Virus record (IMG/VR): IMGVR_UViG_3300032234_000388
Coordinates: 134,724-198,723 of that record
DNA: 64,000 nt
Source of the DNA: a virus
Lineage: Duplodnaviria > Caudoviricetes
Strand: one strand, 5' to 3'
Numbering within the stretch: position 1 is the first letter of the stretch; each line of letters opens with the position of its first letter. The notes beneath the pieces are model-generated. The model saw nothing but the letters and a program-made list of their open reading frames with translations, did not search any database and was not told the origin of the DNA. Positions 1 to 8,577 of the stretch are shown here, piece after piece. A program made the position numbers and the translations under genes.

Positions 1-3000
1 TTAACAATGGCCGTTAGATCATTGGCAGGGCTTGTGCCACCCAGCTGTGTGCCGGAAATCACTACCACATCTCCATCGGCATAGTTTGTGCCACCGTTAG
101 TAATATCGTGGTCGTCCCAATCGCCATAGTTGGTGCCTTCTTCTGGACCCCAGAAATCAAATGTCAATCCTGAACCAGTTTGATAGTTGGTGCCTGATAA
201 TCCTGAATAGGTTCCATCATTCCCTAAGCCGGCCCCGAGATATTCAGCGGTTATGCTGGTAATAACGCCATTGCCGGTTATTTCTGTAATTGTAACAACG
301 ATATCAGAATTAGAATTAGCACCTCCCCAAGGGGTGCGATTTAATAAAATTTTATGTCCTACACGATAATTTGTGCCGCCAGACGCAACAAAGTAACTGT
401 CAATATCTCCGTCGTTAATGGTTACATTAAATGTAGCACCCGAGCCTTGGCGCACTGTGCCAGTCAGTCCTGAATAACGATTAAAAGATATATTATTGTA
501 TCCTGTTAACCCAGTACCAGAAATTTGCCAGTCGTTGGTATAGACATCAGTGCCTATATCACTTCTGTTGAAGACCAATACATCGGTGGTACTACCAGTC
601 TGTGGGGTTAATGTGTATATTCTGCGTTCGTCGTACTTGCGACCCACAGCCACGATACTACCATCACTTTGGAAGTCAAAATCATAGGCTTCAGTCTCGG
701 CATTAGATAGATCGCCACTGGCACTGTCTTTGAATCCTATCTGATTAACTATTTGGGCAGTGTCCGGATCAATCTCTAATATCATTGAGTTTTCACCACC
801 GTCATATTCTGCCAACACTGTGACATTGCCTGTAACAGGATTCATTTTGATCGCATTACCGCGTGTTTGGAGCTCATCATCATTGTCATAGAGTCTAATG
901 CTCCATAGAATCTCACCCGCACTGTTGTAGCGAACCACAAAGCCTTGCTGACCGTTATTCTCCTGTCCTGTCACATAGACATCGCCTGTGGCAGGGTCCA
1001 CACAGTTGGCACGATTCCATACATTAAAATTGTCGTCGTCAACTTGACCAAATATCGAGAACCAACCAATCTGTGTCTGCGTCAGTTTGATATCACCATC
1101 GTTGGGTATGGTCAATGTGCCATCGTTGCCAAATACATATTCGTAAGATGCTGTTTTGATTATCTGCTGTGCCAGTTCAGCCTCAGCGTAGGTAATTGTG
1201 GGAGTAGTAACTTCAATATCGGTTGTGAGAGTTGCAACTATTGGCTCAACTGTGATGCCACCAAGTGTACTGTCTTCTAGATCCTCTAGGTTAACAAACT
1301 TACCTGGTATGCGGCTTTCTTTAACTGTGAACTTTTCATCGCCGCTTCCAATGGTCATTTCACGACCATCTTGGTCAATTTGGAATGTGATACTTTCCCA
1401 GTAGCGAGTGTTCCAGACATCATCGTCTAGATCACGCTTTTTCACAGTGGCCTGCACGGCTAGTTTACCAGTGGCACTGACAGTGAGATTACGGCCTGAG
1501 TTTTCGTTCCAATCAAAGTTTGATGTGCCATCTTCTGCAGATTTGCTCTGATAAAATTGGTAGCCATTTGCTTCGATATAGCGTTGCCATAACACAGCGC
1601 CCGAAGTGGAATACTTGGCAATAGCCAGTACATCTCGAGCGATAGTCATATTATTGAAGTAGTGGTTGTTGTCATCTCTGTTGGGATTTTTCTGTGATGT
1701 GGTTAGAGCACTGAGGTAGACATTGCCAGTTGCGTCACAGTCAATGCCTGTGCCAATGCTGGCGCAAGGTCCTGGACCCACTCTACGTGTCCACTGTATT
1801 ACACCCGAACTGTTGAGTTTTGTAATGTATACCGCAGTTCTATTATAGGTATTGTTGTTGTCATGTACAATTTGAATGCGAGCATTGATGCTGACAAACA
1901 CATTACCCTGACTGTCTGCGGTAACATCGCCACCTGTGGATTCAAAACTCTCTGTGGTTAACATTCTAGTCCAAACTTCTGCCCCAGTACTGCCATTAAA
2001 CTTAGACACATAGGTAAAGGTTGGCCCGCCAGTATACTGAGCCCCCACAACAACGAGATCACCGTTGGAGTCTATTTCCATACCATACGGTTGGTTGTTA
2101 GGAAGATAAGGGTCGCCTCCATTACCAAAAGAAAAAGTTTTTGCCCATACCAATGATCCGTTGCTGTTGGAAATTTTTATTAGGCAACTAATAGGAACTG
2201 AATCAAACCTGTCATTTTCGATATATTCAGCGGCAATATAAGTATGTGTGCTGTCAGTGACTGCTCCTGCTAGTTCTAGATTACTGTTGACTCCTTGACG
2301 AGTCACACGATGACGATAACTGCCACCTAGAGTTAAAGTCACTCCAGAATTGGCCTCTAGATACAAAGGAGTAGTGTCGGAGCCACTATCGTAGGCTCCA
2401 AAGCCCAGTACTGGTTCAAGTGTGGTCCAAGAGTCACCGCCATCGGCACTTTGCTGTAAACTCCATCCGCTACGAGCGCCTAGACTGTCTTCGTCAGCTA
2501 CAAGAGTCACTACATCAACTGTGGTGCCATTAAATGTTCCCGAGGTGATGGTAGCGGAATCTAACTCAACCCCTCGAATATCTGTTACAACAACTGAGGG
2601 GTGATAGTCTTTCTTCCACAGTTCAGAACCTGCTGATGTATACTTGATCGCCGCCACTGTGTCATCGAGGGGGCCATTGTCTATACTGAACACCACAATG
2701 ATGTTGTCATCATCGTCTACGCAAACATCGTGTGCTTGACTGACATCCATATCTTCCTGTATCTGTTTTTGCCAGATCAGTGTGGCTGAGGAATCAAACT
2801 TTGAGATGATCAGTCGATCTCGAAAAATGTCATTGTTATTGTTGTCAACGCCAATTATAACTTCACTGATGTGTAGGGCAATTAGGTTGCCCTCACTGTC
2901 GTAGGCCACTGCGGATGATTCAACACCGCTGTCATTGTTGTTGGCACGATTTACAATGGCAAAATAATCATTGTTGCCCACAGTGACAGTAACAGCGTTA

Positions 3001-3179
3001 TCGTCTGTGAGACTGTCGCCACTGCTATTGGCATAGTCTAGACTGGTCCAGGCTGTCTCTCCGTCACCGATCTTAAACAGGCCGGTATCGTGTTCAAAGC
3101 CTGGTTCACCCTGTGCTAAGATTGGATTTGCGTCTGTCCAGGCCGCAGCCGTGTCGCGTCTAAATTTAATTTTTGCCAT
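1..3179 (-). CDS. Large tail/receptor-binding protein (Mtd N-terminal-like domain plus beta-propeller repeats); runs off the window's left edge
   Basis: Absent from the ORF track. ATG at 3179 reads MAKIKFRRDTAAAWTDANPILAQGEPGFEHDTGLFKIGDGETAWTSLDYA. Propeller-type blades include KFDSSATLIWQK, KYTSAGSELWKK and KLNSSGVIQWTR. The same frame is open at the window edge (...GGTNYADGDVVVISGTQLGGTSPANDLTAIV). Confidence 0.8.
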   Translation of the reverse strand, partial: MAKIKFRRDTAAAWTDANPILAQGEPGFEHDTGLFKIGDGETAWTSLDYANSSGDSLTDDNAVTVTVGNNDYFAIVNRANNNDSGVESSAVAYDSEGNLIALHISEVIIGVDNNNNDIFRDRLIISKFDSSATLIWQKQIQEDMDVSQAHDVCVDDDDNIIVVFSIDNGPLDDTVAAIKYTSAGSELWKKDYHPSVVVTDIRGVELDSATITSGTFNGTTVDVVTLVADEDSLGARSGWSLQQSADGGDSWTTLEPVLGFGAYDSGSDTTPLYLEANSGVTLTLGGSYRHRVTRQGVNSNLELAGAVTDSTHTYIAAEYIENDRFDSVPISCLIKISNSNGSLVWAKTFSFGNGGDPYLPNNQPYGMEIDSNGDLVVVGAQYTGGPTFTYVSKFNGSTGAEVWTRMLTTESFESTGGDVTADSQGNVFVSINARIQIVHDNNNTYNRTAVYITKLNSSGVIQWTRRVGPGPCASIGTGIDCDATGNVYLSALTTSQKNPNRDDNNHYFNNMTIARDVLAIAKYSTSGAVLWQRYIEANGYQFYQSKSAEDGTSNFDWNENSGRNLTVSATGKLAVQATVKKRDLDDDVWNTRYWESITFQIDQDGREMTIGSGDEKFTVKESRIPGKFVNLEDLEDSTLGGITVEPIVATLTTDIEVTTPTITYAEAELAQQIIKTASYEYVFGNDGTLTIPNDGDIKLTQTQIGWFSIFGQVDDDNFNVWNRANCVDPATGDVYVTGQENNGQQGFVVRYNSAGEILWSIRLYDNDDELQTRGNAIKMNPVTGNVTVLAEYDGGENSMILEIDPDTAQIVNQIGFKDSASGDLSNAETEAYDFDFQSDGSIVAVGRKYDERRIYTLTPQTGSTTDVLVFNRSDIGTDVYTNDWQISGTGLTGYNNISFNRYSGLTGTVRQGSGATFNVTINDGDIDSYFVASGGTNYRVGHKILLNRTPWGGANSNSDIVVTITEITGNGVITSITAEYLGAGLGNDGTYSGLSGTNYQTGSGLTFDFWGPEEGTNYGDWDDHDITNGGTNYADGDVVVISGTQLGGTSPANDLTAIV

Positions 3180-3182
3180 TTG

Positions 3183-4466
3183 TTATGCTCCGTTTCCGTC
3201 AATTAGTAATTCACCAGCTGCTGGTGTATAGGCATTGCCGCCGTCTATTTCAAAGTTCTCTAATGCTGCCATCTTGGCCGCAAGTTCGTCTAATGCTGCT
3301 TGAACAGTATTTACCGTAGGGCTATTCCAGTGGTCTGGCTCCTCAGGAGTATAACTGTTGTCACCGCCACCGCCGCCTTCGATAGTAACTGTAGGAATGT
3401 CATTAATTCTATCAACACTGACTCCTGCTCCGGCAAATGCCAGTGTGCGAACACCCTGTACTTCAAAGTCTTCTGGAGTGATAATGGTTAAGCCACCTAA
3501 CACACTAGCACCTGTGCTGTCTACAATGTCACCACCCGAGGGTAGTTTTAGATTGCCGTTTGTGCCAAACTCCCAAACATTTCCGCCTTCGTTAGCATAG
3601 TTGGTTATTAACTGTAATTTTTCATTACCTAATGTTCCAAGACGCATCCATTCTTCTTCATTAACATTAAAGTTTACGAAGTTTCCACTACCATCATCAA
3701 ACATATTGGCCGGGGAATCAACAAGGATATCTCTTAAGTTTGCGCCACCACCGCCAATTTCGCTGGTTGCATCGCTGTCGTCTGGATCTTCTTCTTCATC
3801 ATCTTCACCAGGATTAATAACTTTAAGAGCAACAAGTTTACCAGCAACGTTTGACAGTTTAACATCACCAATATAAATTGATCCGTTAGATACAAATAAT
3901 TCTTTCCATTTAAAACTTGGACTACCTAGAGTGTATCCTGTAGTACCGTCACTGTCTACACTTGGTAGAACATTTTGTGATATACTTGTTAAATTGTTGT
4001 TAATGGTAATAGTATCAGTAGTAGCATTAGTAGCAATATCGATGTTATTACCAGCAACTAGTGTTAGTGTATCTGTAGTGCCATCTGCTACTACATTTGA
4101 TTGTCCGGCTACTGCAATTGTACTAAACGAATCGGAAGCAGCACTGGCTATAATACTAGCTGCTACACTTGAAGGAATTGTTACAAAAACTGATTTTCCA
4201 CCTGCTGGAAAATTTACTTTATTGTTTGAGTTTGAAGATGATATTACTGTGTCTCTAAACAATAATTCTTGGGTACTATCTGTATCGTAAGTGCCGCGCC
4301 CTACTTCCCAATTACCTGCAGCATCTTCGATACCGTAGTAGCATTCGTTGCCTGCACCTATAGCTGCAAATGACTGAAAGCCAGGAACTGCGGTTTCTAA
4401 TGTGAATTCAGCTGTACCGGTGCTGTATGATCTAACCTTAACCTTATCGGCAAAAACAATGGCCAT
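3183..4466 (-). CDS. Virion structural / tail fibre-associated protein
   Basis: 427 aa; FADKVK..GNWEVGRGTY N-terminus, LGSPSFKWKELFV and TVQAALDEL fibre-type motifs; RBS and TAAATA upstream. Confidence 0.65.
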   Translation of the reverse strand: MAIVFADKVKVRSYSTGTAEFTLETAVPGFQSFAAIGAGNECYYGIEDAAGNWEVGRGTYDTDSTQELLFRDTVISSSNSNNKVNFPAGGKSVFVTIPSSVAASIIASAASDSFSTIAVAGQSNVVADGTTDTLTLVAGNNIDIATNATTDTITINNNLTSISQNVLPSVDSDGTTGYTLGSPSFKWKELFVSNGSIYIGDVKLSNVAGKLVALKVINPGEDDEEEDPDDSDATSEIGGGGANLRDILVDSPANMFDDGSGNFVNFNVNEEEWMRLGTLGNEKLQLITNYANEGGNVWEFGTNGNLKLPSGGDIVDSTGASVLGGLTIITPEDFEVQGVRTLAFAGAGVSVDRINDIPTVTIEGGGGGDNSYTPEEPDHWNSPTVNTVQAALDELAAKMAALENFEIDGGNAYTPAAGELLIDGNGA

Positions 4467-4490
4467 TACGTATCTCCAAATCGATACGTA

Positions 4491-4498
4491 TATTTACC
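4491..4498 (-). promoter_or_regulatory. T4-type late promoter (GGTAAATA)
   Basis: TAAATA core 25 nt upstream of ATG 4466; a gp55-like sigma factor is encoded in the window. Confidence 0.6.
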
Positions 4499-4509
4499 GC
4501 TATTTGATA

Positions 4510-5037
4510 TTAGTTGGCGTAGCCAAAATAGACTGTAACAAACTTTCCGGTCGGAACTGGGCTGGTAAATCGAATACCGTCTAATCCACCTAGTAGTGTA
4601 AAGTTAGTGGTAGAGATTTGCATTACATTTTCTACTAGAACTATTAGATTGTCTGCACTAACCACAGGTGGGTAATTAGCTGAAAAATAAAAATCAACAT
4701 CAACGTTATTGCCGGGACCTAGCGTTTGTTTTACAATTGTAGCACTTCCGGGAGATCTAACAATTTCCCAAGCTCCGTCTACATAAGCTTCGATGCCGTA
4801 TACTCGTCCAGTTGAAGGATTAATACTAGTATTATATCTTATAGTGCCGTTGGCATCTGTAGGCTGTCGAACTCCTGTTAGTTGTGGTCGCTGAGCAGTA
4901 GTGCCTTTGGGTAGCATTAGTCCGCCTTTGGCATTTAATACCACACGACTTGCAGGACCGTTGGCATCTGGGTAAGCAATTAATGTTCTATCATTAATGC
5001 TAAATTTTGAAATATTTTTTGTTTTTAGAAATTTCAT
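4510..5037 (-). CDS. Virion structural protein
   Basis: More likely start is ATG 5037 (MKFLKTK...), which overlaps the upstream stop as ATGA; PKGTTAQRP..GTIRYNT motif and C-terminal beta-sandwich-like segment. Confidence 0.65.
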   Translation of the reverse strand: MKFLKTKNISKFSINDRTLIAYPDANGPASRVVLNAKGGLMLPKGTTAQRPQLTGVRQPTDANGTIRYNTSINPSTGRVYGIEAYVDGAWEIVRSPGSATIVKQTLGPGNNVDVDFYFSANYPPVVSADNLIVLVENVMQISTTNFTLLGGLDGIRFTSPVPTGKFVTVYFGYAN

Positions 5038-5468
5038 ACTGGAAGTGTGCTTATTGTAACTGACAATCTGCTGGCTGCTGAAGTTCCAACCCAAATTTCA
5101 TCGCCGCCGAGCAATACCATTCTTTCCTCTGAAAAGAATACTGTTTCCCCTGCAGGCACTGTGAGATTACTGACTATTAAATTTCCGGCAGTGTATGATT
5201 TTCCTCGTCTAACTATATAGACATTTACAATCACAGCATTTGCAGTTTCGTCAGCTGCACTAGGTGCAGCAGTATTACAGAACGCAATGGTTGTTATTGC
5301 GTGATCTCTTGCTATAGAAACTCCAGGACCTTCTGGGTGTCCTGCTGGTAATGATGTTCCTAACGGAGATCCGTTAGTTGAACTGGTAAAAACTTTAACC
5401 GGAATATTCACATCGGTAGAGTCTATTAGTCCAATAGTATCTTCTGGGTTTTCATAATTTCTAATCAT
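5034..5468 (-). CDS. Hypothetical structural protein
   Basis: 144 aa, beta-rich, tightly packed within the structural operon. Confidence 0.6.
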   Translation of the reverse strand: MIRNYENPEDTIGLIDSTDVNIPVKVFTSSTNGSPLGTSLPAGHPEGPGVSIARDHAITTIAFCNTAAPSAADETANAVIVNVYIVRRGKSYTAGNLIVSNLTVPAGETVFFSEERMVLLGGDEIWVGTSAASRLSVTISTLPV

Positions 5469-5477
5469 AAATATCTC

Positions 5478-6563
5478 TTAAAATAGCATACTGAATACTA
5501 ATGCTTTGTTTTTACTTATCAGTTCGCCATTTCTATGGCGTGCTGTTCGACTGTCGTTGGCAAACCAAAGTCCGGTTTGTCCGATGTTTGGACTAGCAGC
5601 ATATAACAGTGTACTGCCAGACACGTAAATAGGTTCCCCTGCTAATCTTTCTAGTTGTAGCGCATAGTTGGTTTGTAATTTAGCCGTACCTTGCGTTCTT
5701 ATATAAATGTTTTCGTTAGTAATGCTAGCTCGACTAGAAATTTCGTTGCGATTCTCCCCGCCGCCTATTTCAAGGTCGCCCACTTCTAGTCTGTTATTAT
5801 AAAATTGTGCGATTAGAATTCCGTCAACTACTACAGATACAACACTTTCGTCGGTAGGATTATTAATCCCAGTAATTGATTCAAAATACGCTAGACTTCC
5901 CGGAATAGATGGATCGGGGGGATCTGCTTCTAATTCTTTGTCTGATATAATAACTCTAGTATCTTGTGACTGAGGTGCAACAATTTGAAACGTAGGATTA
6001 TTTAGAATCGAATCATCGACATATTTTTTATTTGTTAAAATATCGTCGGCTTCTGGATCTGATGCTGCTGCTCGGTCAAGAATTTCTTGAGCATAGTCTG
6101 AAGTTCCAGAAACTTTAACTACTCCAGTACCTGTACCAATTAAGGTAAGATCTCCGTTATCGGTAGTGGGGTTGGTATAGATCCGTCTAAGTCTTAGATT
6201 GCTGTTGTCGTAGTTAAAAGGACCGGGTGATGCACCGTTAGCTAACAACCACGAATCTGCAGGCTCATCAAACAACAAAACCGCTGGGGATAGGTCGCCT
6301 CGATCAATTTCGATGCCAGCATAATCTAGTATTACTCCGCTAGGAACATTGTCACGATCTTCGCCATAATAGTTGATGATAAGAATATTATCTTCAACAT
6401 TTAAATTAGTTGCAGCAACGGATACAGTTTCTCCTTCAACTACAAGATCCCCAGTTATTCGAACTGTGCCGCCGGAGGCGGAAGGTCCGGTGTCAAGAAT
6501 AATCTTAGCACCTTCTGCGGTCTTGATATTATAGTCGCCGTTGACTTGGAGGAACTGACCCAT
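5478..6563 (-). CDS. Virion structural protein (fibre-like)
   Basis: 361 aa; ITGDLVVEG..TNLNVEDNIL..AGIEIDRG motif, also seen in fibre 50563..52437. Confidence 0.65.
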   Translation of the reverse strand: MGQFLQVNGDYNIKTAEGAKIILDTGPSASGGTVRITGDLVVEGETVSVAATNLNVEDNILIINYYGEDRDNVPSGVILDYAGIEIDRGDLSPAVLLFDEPADSWLLANGASPGPFNYDNSNLRLRRIYTNPTTDNGDLTLIGTGTGVVKVSGTSDYAQEILDRAAASDPEADDILTNKKYVDDSILNNPTFQIVAPQSQDTRVIISDKELEADPPDPSIPGSLAYFESITGINNPTDESVVSVVVDGILIAQFYNNRLEVGDLEIGGGENRNEISSRASITNENIYIRTQGTAKLQTNYALQLERLAGEPIYVSGSTLLYAASPNIGQTGLWFANDSRTARHRNGELISKNKALVFSMLF

Positions 6564-6577
6564 CTTTGTATCCTAAA

Positions 6578-6973
6578 TTAAACGATCGGAGTTAGAACAA
6601 TAATGTCTGCTGACGAATCGTTTTCTAAACGCCATGTGTACTTAACACCATCGAAGTCTGTAGCAACACGTTTGGTAATTTTAGCAATAAACTTGAGATT
6701 GTTTACACCATTACCGCCAACATAACCAACTAGGCTCATTTCACCTGCAGCGTCTGGTGCAGTTGACTGTAGTACCGCTGTTGTATAATTAGCTGTAGTG
6801 CCGATGTCTTCAACTCGTGCAACAACAAAAGTTTTTGCTCCACGTTGTTTGATAATAACACCATCTGTTCTTAGTGCAGAATCATAAAAATCAACTCTTA
6901 CACCCGTGGCTGCGTCTACACCGGTTCCGATAACATCAGTACCGAACACATCTTTTTTTAATGGACGTCCCAT
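6578..6973 (-). CDS. MGRPL-family virion protein (short paralogue)
   Basis: 131 aa; shares MGRPL..FG and IIKQRG.K.F with 7054..8172; AAGGAG RBS. Confidence 0.7.
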   Translation of the reverse strand: MGRPLKKDVFGTDVIGTGVDAATGVRVDFYDSALRTDGVIIKQRGAKTFVVARVEDIGTTANYTTAVLQSTAPDAAGEMSLVGYVGGNGVNNLKFIAKITKRVATDFDGVKYTWRLENDSSADIIVLTPIV

Positions 6974-6992
6974 TTTGTTTCTCCTTTAATTT

Positions 6993-7026
6993 GACGTTCT
7001 AGGTCTACGGGGATGGTTACCCCATA
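6993..7026 (-). promoter_or_regulatory. Structured 5' leader motif, copy 1
   Basis: UAUGGGG-UAACCAU-CCCCGUA followed by GAC-CUAGAAC-GUC, between late promoter 7051-7058 and the RBS. Confidence 0.7.
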
Positions 7027-7050
7027 AGTCCGGACCTATGTCGGACATTG

Positions 7051-7058
7051 TATTTAGT
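7051..7058 (-). promoter_or_regulatory. T4-type late promoter (ACTAAATA)
   Basis: TAAATA overlapping the upstream stop codon, ahead of the leader of 6578..6973. Confidence 0.55.
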
Positions 7059-8172
7059 AACCTCTAGTTGCTGAATTGTGTGCAACTGTAAACTGTGTTG
7101 CTCCGGTACCTAAACCGTATAGTGTACCGTTTACGCTGTTGTTTGCGCCAAGTTGCATCTTTTCTGCGCCGGCCCATTCCTGGAACCAAATACGTACTGG
7201 ATACCACTTATTTGCTTCAACTGTTACACCGTTAGTACCATCGCGAGCATTACCTGATTGTGCAAATAGATAGTTATTATTTGCTGGGTTTAGTGCAGGG
7301 GCTCCAATCCATACTACAACATCATCATCTACTGTAGCAAAGAACCGCATATTACCTGTTACAGGTGCTTGGATATAACCCTTCCACTCGAGAGCATAGT
7401 TGTTTTCTGCGTCTAAGTCGGTTCGTAAACCAAAACCTACATAAGTATCAACTTCTAGAGCATCTGTTGATATTGGGCCGTTAGCAGGAACAAAGAAGTT
7501 CATGTTTAGACCTGAGCCAAAACCAACTTCGTCAATATAATCTTCTGAGAAGTTACCGACATACTTTTGACGAATTAATCCGTTTGTAGTGTTTGTAACA
7601 CTAGTTAAACCGCTGGCTGTAATATCGCGGAATGTAATACCTGTTGCGTTATAAGCATCGATATAACCACTTGCGCCAACAAATGTACCCGGTACGTTAC
7701 TGTTGCTACCACCAGAACCTGCTAATGGCTCATCTGGATCCATACCTGGAGGAATTGTTGGGCCTTCGTCACCTTCTAAATCTGTAGCACTTGTTAAGCT
7801 AGTATCTGTTCCAGCTTCTTCAACTTGCCAGTATCCGTCTATGGTGCTAGTGCTGAAATTCCATTGTGAGTTAGTATTTGTGCCGCTAACAGAAATACCA
7901 ATTCTGTGAGCTGCGATCTTTGTGGCTTGGTTAACTGTGTCATCGTCAAATTTAAATGTAACCGTCATTTCTCCTGCTGCTAGATCTGCAGAGGCTTTGT
8001 CTACCATTCTACATAATGCAGTATTACCGTCTGCATCTTTACATAAAAATCTCTTAGAGCCTTTTTGTTTTACAATATAGCCTTTAACACTAGCTGTACC
8101 GTTATGAAATTGTACTTTAATATTGTTGTCAGCATTTGCGCCAAACAGTCGTTTATTTAATGGGCGTCCCAT
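7054..8172 (-). CDS. MGRPL-family virion protein with C-terminal PA14-like domain (putative capsid decoration/adhesin)
   Basis: 372 aa; YALEWKGYIQAPVTGNMRFFATVDDDVVVWIG...WYPVRIWFQEWAG matches the PA14/GLEYA pattern; lies just downstream of the MCP gene. Confidence 0.7.
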   Translation of the reverse strand: MGRPLNKRLFGANADNNIKVQFHNGTASVKGYIVKQKGSKRFLCKDADGNTALCRMVDKASADLAAGEMTVTFKFDDDTVNQATKIAAHRIGISVSGTNTNSQWNFSTSTIDGYWQVEEAGTDTSLTSATDLEGDEGPTIPPGMDPDEPLAGSGGSNSNVPGTFVGASGYIDAYNATGITFRDITASGLTSVTNTTNGLIRQKYVGNFSEDYIDEVGFGSGLNMNFFVPANGPISTDALEVDTYVGFGLRTDLDAENNYALEWKGYIQAPVTGNMRFFATVDDDVVVWIGAPALNPANNNYLFAQSGNARDGTNGVTVEANKWYPVRIWFQEWAGAEKMQLGANNSVNGTLYGLGTGATQFTVAHNSATRGY

Positions 8173-8186
8173 TTGTTTCTCCTTGT

Positions 8187-8219
8187 AGCGTTCTAGGCCT
8201 ACGCGGTGGGTGCCGCATA
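8187..8219 (-). promoter_or_regulatory. Structured 5' leader motif, copy 2
   Basis: UAUGCGG-CACCCA-CCGCGUA followed by GGC-CUAGAAC-GCU; compensatory changes relative to copy 1. Confidence 0.7.
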
Positions 8220-8236
8220 AATCATTCTAGATACTT

Positions 8237-8244
8237 TATTTATC
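8237..8244 (-). promoter_or_regulatory. T4-type late promoter (GATAAATA)
   Basis: TAAATA overlapping the stop of the upstream ORF, ahead of leader copy 2. Confidence 0.6.
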
Positions 8245-8509
8245 TACTACTTAGCAAAGCCATAAGCTCAATTTTTTCAACTGTGGCAATAACTTGATTA
8301 ATTGTGTCTATTTCTTTTTGTGCTTCTTCTAAATATCGGTTTCTGTGAGTTTGTCTATACTGAATTAGTATTTGACTGTGCCGTTTAATATGTTCTTCAA
8401 CAATACGTTCTATGCTGTTTACATCATGAACAAACATAGGAAATCGCTTGCGCCACTCACTAAATTGTACCCGTAGTTTAGAAAAATCTTTATCGTTTTC
8501 AATATGCAT
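8240..8509 (-). CDS. Hypothetical protein
   Basis: The ORF-track TTG start (8530) lies inside the terminator; ATG 8509 (MHIENDK...) sits 5 nt after TAAATA (8515-8520). Confidence 0.6.
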   Translation of the reverse strand: MHIENDKDFSKLRVQFSEWRKRFPMFVHDVNSIERIVEEHIKRHSQILIQYRQTHRNRYLEEAQKEIDTINQVIATVEKIELMALLSSR

Positions 8510-8524
8510 ACGGATATTTAAGTC

Positions 8525-8553
8525 AAACAAAAAGGCTCCGAAGAGCCTTTTTG
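8525..8553 (-). terminator. Rho-independent terminator after the major capsid gene
   Basis: AAAAAGGCTC-TTCG-GAGCCTTTTT: cUUCGg tetraloop plus U tract, potentially bidirectional. Confidence 0.9.
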
Positions 8554-8577
8554 AAGTTGCGTTATACGAATTACTGA

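Noticed and set aside
1-3179. Diversity-generating retroelement suggested by the Mtd-like N-terminus
   Set aside because: No reverse transcriptase or template/variable repeat pair seen in this window
945-4584. Short plus-strand ORFs in the track (945..1280, 3358..3600, 3931..4290 and others)
   Set aside because: Antisense shadows of long minus-strand structural genes; no RBS or recognisable motifs
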